Source: Acanthaster planci (Eukaryota). From it: a DNA stretch of 54,026 nucleotides. The first letter of the stretch is position 1. Each line of letters begins with the position of its first letter. Made by a program: the position numbers and the translations under genes. Where the stretch lies: contig NW_019091480.1 in NCBI RefSeq assembly GCF_001949145.1, positions 1,151,235 to 1,205,260 on the forward strand, written 5' to 3'. The notes under the pieces are model-generated. The model was not told where the DNA came from. It saw only the letters and a program-made list of their open reading frames with translations, and did not search any database. Of this stretch, positions 47,279-54,026 are shown piece by piece.

Positions 47279-47523
47279 GGGAGGAGGTCGCTTTAAAAAT
47301 TGAGCGGCTAGTGGCCACCTACCTGGTCATCCTGTACCTGAATTGCTTCTTGGAGGGCCCGCGCACTCCCACCATCGGCCCCCAAGAGAGGGAGATGATT
47401 ACCCAGTCTGTCCTGAAGGCAGAGAGGTTTGTTAGCCAGGTGGAGAGCGAACACCCGTCCCTGGCTCGGCGCCTGGAGTTGGGGAGCAGCTGGGACGAGG
47501 TCTGCCGGGATATCTTCAAGTAG
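47279..47523 (+). CDS. PARP4: PARP4 exon 34 (last coding exon, including the TAG stop). Translation: (G)GEEVALKIERLVATYLVILYLNCFLEGPRTPTIGPQEREMITQSVLKAERFVSQVESEHPSLARRLELGSSWDEVCRDIFK*.
   Basis: The acceptor is gcaaatag, phase 1 in. The peptide is contiguous with human SLGVKGRECLLDLIATMLVLQFI...ICPRLELGNDWDSATKQLLG. The TAG stop is at 47521-47523 and AATAAA follows at 47550-47555. Confidence 0.85.
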
Positions 47524-47549
47524 GTGTAATCAAGGTCCAATCCACAAGT

Positions 47550-47555
47550 AATAAA
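47550..47555 (+). terminator. Polyadenylation signal AATAAA, about 27 nt downstream of the PARP4 stop codon
   Basis: The sequence is ...caagtAATAAAtaataatag. Confidence 0.5.
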
Positions 47556-50500
47556 TAATAATAGTAATACTGTTTACCGAAAATGGGCCACTTGGGAGAC
47601 ATTCCCATAAGAACGTGCACAAACTTTACTGTCCCATAATTAAATATTCCCTAATCTGATCTGAACCAAACTTTGTATGTTTTCAATTTAGACCCTAATC
47701 TATCATCTCTCAAAATTTGGACAAAATTTGGCCTCGTTCTGGTAGCTGGGGCATAAGGGTGACATTGAAATGTCTCCCTAATGACCCATTTTTAAGAATA
47801 ATTAATATAATTAATATAATTAATTATAATAATGATCAACATTTATAAAGCACTCAATCCATTGAGCTGCTCTTAGGCAAAGTAATCTTTATTTTGAAAG
47901 GGTGGGGCACAAAACGAGGGAATTCTTTACATTAACTCCATGAGGGAAGGGACTAGATATTTTTACGCACTTCCTGCGGGGAGCGAAATGAAATTTGCCA
48001 AATTTGTCTTCTCACATTATAAAAAAAAACCGAAGTGCCTGCTTTTTGTCAGCCATCGACAAACATGTATGTCTGCCAGTTGGTGTAATCATTGAAGTGT
48101 ATATTGTCAAGCACTTCATTGCTGACAGCAGATGGAATACTGAAGAACAGTGGAAACTCTCTGTTACAGCTCATTACGTGAGTAATCTGTGGCTGTGTGA
48201 GAACCAAGGTCCTTGTCATATGCTTTAAGGGAATAAGCAAAAATGTTCTTCTGAAACAGCAGATTAGATTGCAACATGCCATATGGCTCATAGAGGCCAC
48301 CGTTACAGAGTCTGTACTTGAACTCGCCGGTTTAAGTAGTTTTGGACTGGTCAATAGTGAGAACTGATCTTTTTTGAGAACTTAATCATCAGAAGGGCGA
48401 TTTCAGAAGTAATTTTTGGTGGTGCAAACAAAAGAGGGATTTCGCTATGTAAAGTTTTTTATTATGGCCTTACTAGAGGGTGAGGAGGACTTTTCATAAG
48501 AAGTTACCAAGAGGAAAGAAAACGGTCCTCAAAAATGCCTTTTGCACATCTTATTTCAAAGAACCAAAAATTGTCCTGGGGAGGATGCATGGCCAGTTAC
48601 CCCCTGCCCCCCTCTCACCTTCTCTCTGATCGTGACGGATCGATCAAATATCCATGTTTGGTACAAGAGGAATTTTGCTGAATGTGAAATAATATTATGG
48701 GTTTGAATGTTTGTCATGATGATCTATACTTCTTCAACTCAAATCAGTGGGAGTTATATCCTTGTTACCGACTATATTCAGAAAGACAATGTACATGTAT
48801 TACTCCCTAATACGCAGAGGCTTGGAAGTTATATAATAGATGTTTCTATCCTGTTCTGTTTGAATACTACATGTACCTGTCAAACTGTTACCTATTGGAG
48901 GTTATTAATGTTCAAGTAGCAAAGCATTATTCTTTCATATCATGCTATACCGTTTGTCTCACTGACTCCGTGATTGATTCTTACCTATATTCCTTGCTTC
49001 ACCGAGCGAATTATACTCATTAGTAGTTTAAGATACTAAAACAGCTGATTTGTATTGAACTAAATTTGACTTTAAGACATCAAGACTAGTTTACTGAATG
49101 TTGAATCACCGCTTGATATTTGCTGGGACCAGTGACCTCGCAGCTTAAAGTAATTTACGTGTACCTCTGAATTTCATTATATACTGTTCATGTCATTTAC
49201 TCAAGGTGTTTAATCAGATTAAGTTAAATCACACAGAAATTCATGTATCAAGATTTTTGTTTCACAGATGTTTTAATGACTGATATCTTGAACTAGAAAT
49301 GACACTTGATTGCACAATTTATTTCATTTTCTTCTGATTTCAGAACTATGAGTAATTCAAAATTAAGTGAAATTTATGTAATGAATGAATGAAAAAAGTT
49401 TTTTTTTTCAAATGTGCCTTTTTTTGGCAATGCGATCATAGCATTTGATATGACTTAACTAGAGCATGATCTTATTTGTGAAAATTATTTGTGAAAATTA
49501 TAACATTGTGGTAACTTGTAAAGTGCATGCAACGAGACCAGATTACCATTGAAAACAGCTAGCATTGCCAATGCAGAATACCAGGCGAAGTTGCCAGCCA
49601 TGATGATGTTTTGGAAAATTGGTTTCCTTACAAAACCAGACGAGCAGATATATATGTGGCTACGGAAATAATGCTCATATCCCTGGCGCGTTTCTAAGTA
49701 ATCATGGACTATTCATTTCAATTAAATGCAGATAGCGAGTCCAAGATTTTCCGGACCAACATTTTACGATTTTTGGGGGGTGGAGGACAGACAAAGGGTT
49801 TTTTGTGGGGGGGATAAAGTTCCCCAGCCCCCACCCCCGTAGAATCGCGCCTGATGTATCTGTTTACTAAAGATAAAAGCGCTTATCATTATGTGTCTGA
49901 TACGCTCTCTACACTGTACGATATATGATGGTGGAAGGATCACATTAAATAATTTCATGTACATCTATACTGAAATATTGTAACTGGGTAATTTTGTACC
50001 CTGGTCATTCTAATACAGGTTGCCTATACAAAACTATATCGAAAGGATTGTGCAGAAATAAAGTGATATCAGAAAAAAATGAGCCTGTGTTTTCTTTATT
50101 TTCTTTCTTTGAAGGTAAAACATTGTATATTAAAAAGGCTTACCTTAAAGCGTTTTCCCAGGGCCACCGTAGAAATTCTTTGGGAGTTAATTCATGTGAC
50201 GTGACCCGTCAGAAGTTAATTATTAAGCTAGCAACATAACCAAGCTGCCCCATCAAAGTGATTGGAAGCTTTCCGAACGTTGTTGAAAGATGCATCTGAC
50301 TGTTGTAGTAATAGGCCTAATGGGTATCGTTCTAGGCGTAGAGGCTGGAGCAGCGGCCTCGGAGGCAGGGGCTGCGGCCGCAGAAGCCTGCGAAGGGATT
50401 GCTGGAGCCGCCGAGACAGCTGAAGCCATCAGTGCCGACTTCGAGTCTGGTTCCGAACCGCGTCTAAAGCCGTAGCTAAAGCGGAAGAAGCGTTAGCCTC

Positions 50501-53500
50501 AGGCATCGAGGAGTTGTCTCTGTGGGTCTTGGTAAGGATCGGTGCTGCAAAATGATAGCTGAGATTGTGGTCATCGAGCCGATCTTGGAAGCAATCACCT
50601 CGGATCCGGCGGCTAAGGCTCAGGCTAAGAAGCTTATCGATATGCTGACCACTTGCTCAGACTGGTTATAAGAGCACACCGACAAAACCACCATTCAGGA
50701 AGGAATGGCAATTCCACCCTCGAGTGGCGTCCCCTCAAAGTTCCTGCCCACACTAGGAGCGATGCGTATTTGGTATCCCTAATCTTAAAAAGTCATCGTG
50801 TAATATAGGTATTACAACCTTTTAAACGGTATTCAGTTTCGTCTTGCGACAAATACTGTCTTCCAAACATCTCATCCTCAAGAATTGTTCTTACAGGGTG
50901 CACAGTGTGTATGGCAACTGAGAGCAAGCATTTAGCACACAGGTGTAGCGACGATGAAAAAGATTTAAACCCTTGGGATCGTTTTACCCCCGTCGAAACA
51001 TCCTGAAACCCCTCCCTAGAAAACTTCTAGACTTGCTCTACTTTCACTCTTGATATACCACGTTCGTCATCCTGTTGATCAGCCAGTTAAGGTGTGCCGT
51101 TAAAGGTACAAAATTTCAAATGCATGGATGAAATTTTCTGGAAATTTTTGTTCAGATGATGCGGAGATTATCTATTTGTGTGTGATCATACAGGCTACTG
51201 GAGTTCTCTCGACTCTTTCGAAACAAGTGGGAGCGAAGAACCTGACGATATCACCTGGTGATACGTTGTTGGGTGTAAGACGTGGGCGGTACGCTTGTAG
51301 AAAGCTGCCGTCACGTTGCCGAGCATATCCTACATTAGCAAAAACTCTGCACCCCGTAAGTTCTCTCCCAGCCTGCGCCTCTAAGATTAGTGGACAGAGA
51401 TGCTGCTGGGAATGGCCTAATTCTTCCCGATCGAGCTGCGATTATACCTCGTCTGTAGATCCTACTATGATGCTGTTAGGCCAAGACGAAGTCAATGTGT
51501 ATGCCGTCTGTATATTAAGTTGTTGCGCTGGGACCACAGGCCATTCGACCCTGCTATGTATGTTCAAAATGTTGGCACGGCCTCCCCGTCTATGAAGACA
51601 TTACACCGTTCCTGTCAGTTCTAAAAACATAGAAGATCTCACCACGATTAGCCACGCCCTTCTGGTATTTTCAGGACGTGGTAAGATCGTGTCTCAGTGA
51701 GATAGATGTGAAGCCTAAATTTGGTTTTGTGCCAATCAAGAACGATGGATTAGATATGCGTGCACCAGACCAATCGCAAGACGCAAATTTAATAGTTTTG
51801 AGCAATTTGGATGCGATCAGGTCCGACATTGGCACTACGTAGCCGCACTGCTTTGCAGAGGGATGCCTTTTCAAAACGGCTAGTTTTCCCAGTTAGGGAA
51901 ATAACCCTCGTGTTAGGGGTAGCTTGCTTTGGGTGAGAATTTCGCAAAAAGTCACCGGTCAACCGATCAAAATTGAAAGGAAAATGAAAAGCAACACGTT
52001 TAGCATCACGTTTTCTTTGCAGCCTAAACAGTGAGTACTTTAAAAGAATTCTGAAGTATAGGGATTTGTCGCTGGTGTTTGTGAATCTATTTATCGGCAT
52101 GCACCCATAAAGGTGGCGTGGCTTACTGGTTGACAAGTGCGCGATGACGTCAACGCATAGGCCTAATCCGATGATGTGTATTCACTGGAGAATAAAAAGA
52201 AATACGTGGTGCAACATTGCATCCCTTAAACTCAATGCACCGCTCATAGTAAGCTGAAGACCACTGAGAGACTAGTGTTTTCGGTAAGTTTGCCAAACTG
52301 TTCTTTGTTCTATGCTCAAATATGAAAAGCCGCAACTGTACTACTACAGCCCTTGAATTCTTAACTTTGTGTTTCAATAACTCTATTTTCATCGTTTGTT
52401 TCTCTATTTTAAATCGCACTTTGGATTCTTTTTGGTTTTATGCTGAAGACAAAGTTTTGCGAGGAAAACTCTGACGTCACTCCATAATGCACTGAACCTC
52501 ATCAGTGTCGCATTAATTTGTTAACTCTGTGACAGTCTGTCCTCAATCCTCCCGTTTCAGTATGATTTTTTGCACACGCTGTGTGTTGAATTAATTAATG
52601 AACAGGGTTTATTTAAATGTTTTGCTGTCGTACATTTCCGTTTCTTTTGTAGTAAACTAGGTCAGTATATGATGATCAGCCAGCGAGTGTTCTTTTCTCA
52701 GAGCAGTGTGTTGGGAAACAAATCCAGCAAATTTAATTAATGAAAAAGTGTAAGCCGAACAGTGTCTGACATTGTTTGCATCACAGCGTTAGTACTATAT
52801 CACTGAACAACTGAAGATTTTTGGCTTGAACAATTTTTAATATTCAAAAAGTGCCCCTTCCAGAAGATTTCTAAAAAGTTTTCTTGCATTGAAGAAGAGT
52901 GTCAAGATGCTTTAGAGATGAGTCTCAGATGAAATTCATCGCATGTATCCTTGAATGAAAGCCAAAGACGACCCCAAGCCCGGCCCTCGCATTTCAGAAT
53001 ATTCTGCAGGCACTGTTAAGTGTTAATGTTGGTCTTGAACGCCCACACACACCCCCTATGGCGCATGGGGGTTGTTGGGCGAAACCTTGCATTTATCTCT
53101 TCATGCACGAATACTCATTTCTCTCCTTTGTGAGCAACGATTCCTCCCTGAAGTTGTCCTTTCGCTGTATGACATCCATAAATGCATAGGGTACTCAACA
53201 AGCGCCCCTTTACTTTGGCATAAGGGCCTTCGATAGATCAGCCTTATAGACTCTCGTGTTGGCTACTGTATGGACAACAAATCAATGAACAATATCGACA
53301 CATAGATCTGTTTACACAGATAGTATACATGTAGATCGAAGACGCTTAGTTCGAATTTCCAGGTTTCCACGTAATTTAACAAGGCAGTGGGTTCACTCAT
53401 GTCGTGTCCAGTAGGTCAGTGCTCTTTGGTTGTTCAAATCATGGAGGATGAATACAGAAGGAGTTTGAACTGCCCGGGCTATAGCAATTACCGCTTTCTG

Positions 53501-54026
53501 GCATGTCCGGTATTTCCATAGCCATAGCAAATGCTTGATGCACCACCTATATCACAAACATAAGCCCTCTTTGTACCCCATGCTCATCGTGGCAACTTTT
53601 CGCTGGTAATCTGCATCGTTAAAACGTTGTGTACTGCAGCACAGGAAGTTGAACGTTCATGCTATCGTTGGTGCTTGGTATGATCTGACAACAACTTCAA
53701 GTTTAATGCTTGCACAGGCTTTGATTAGGCTGTGTGCCCTAAGTGTTCGTGTTCAGTTGTTGCCCTTATCAAACGCTTTCTTCTAGAGTTATTTTTGGAA
53801 TAAATAGCCAAATTGTTTGTAAGATATTGTGTTTTATTTGAATCATTTTCATTACGGCATTTATACAAAGAGATCAATTCTTTTGCTGCAGTCCAACTTG
53901 GCAGAAAACGCCAAGCCGTTGGACGTATAGACAAAACTGCCTTGGGTATTTTTCTTTTTTACTTGAATGTTTGTAATGAGTTTAGATTTGTGGAATTTTT
54001 TTTCTTGGTTTTGGCTTCATTCACAT

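Noticed and set aside
51128-51595. ORF of 155 aa (+), with 115-aa and 89-aa ORFs (-) nearby
   Set aside because: No recognisable motifs, splice support or codon-bias contrast. They sit in a region with no other gene evidence and are likely chance ORFs.
1-54026. A prokaryotic-style defence or biosynthetic 'system' (operon, CRISPR array, toxin-antitoxin pair)
   Set aside because: The window is eukaryotic. It carries a 34-exon spliced gene with GT-AG introns, a TATA box and AATAAA, and TIR-type transposon debris. There are no compact co-directional ORF clusters, Shine-Dalgarno-spaced starts or CRISPR repeat-spacer periodicity. The only arrays are minisatellites without unique spacers.

Overview
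This is a eukaryotic (metazoan-type) genomic window, not a prokaryotic one. It has GT-AG introns with polypyrimidine tracts, AT-rich introns around GC-richer exons, a TATA box and an AATAAA signal. I found no operon-style gene system, CRISPR array or rRNA. The dominant feature is a single large plus-strand gene (about 12986..47523, roughly 34.5 kb) that I reconstructed as a phase-consistent chain of 34 coding exons. The encoded protein, about 2,140 aa, is a clear ortholog of vault poly(ADP-ribose) polymerase, PARP4/vPARP. It has an N-terminal BRCT domain, a PARP catalytic domain with the His-Tyr-Glu triad retained, a VIT domain, a vWA domain, a long Ser/Ala/Pro-rich region carrying tandem GFSFG/SFG repeats inside a 1.7-kb exon, and the C-terminal MVP-interaction-like region ending ...RLELGSSWDEVCRDIFK*. 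The upstream 13 kb is AT-rich and full of the alternating pyrimidine/purine hexamer TGTACA/ACATGT; the downstream 6.5 kb contains no confidently recognisable gene. I could support no second protein-coding gene. The accessory content is mobile-element debris: TTAA-flanked piggyBac-like MITEs, palindromic MITEs, a foldback-like element whose arms are inverted 16-17-bp minisatellite arrays, and a tRNA-derived pol III element. The points worth a second look are the lineage-specific FG-like repeat expansion in vPARP, the candidate PARP4 promoter with an upstream AUG, and the foldback and piggyBac-like MITE families sitting in and around the gene. Every coordinate, reading frame and splice site was read by eye from the sequence; no similarity search was run. 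Homology is to my memory of human PARP4.
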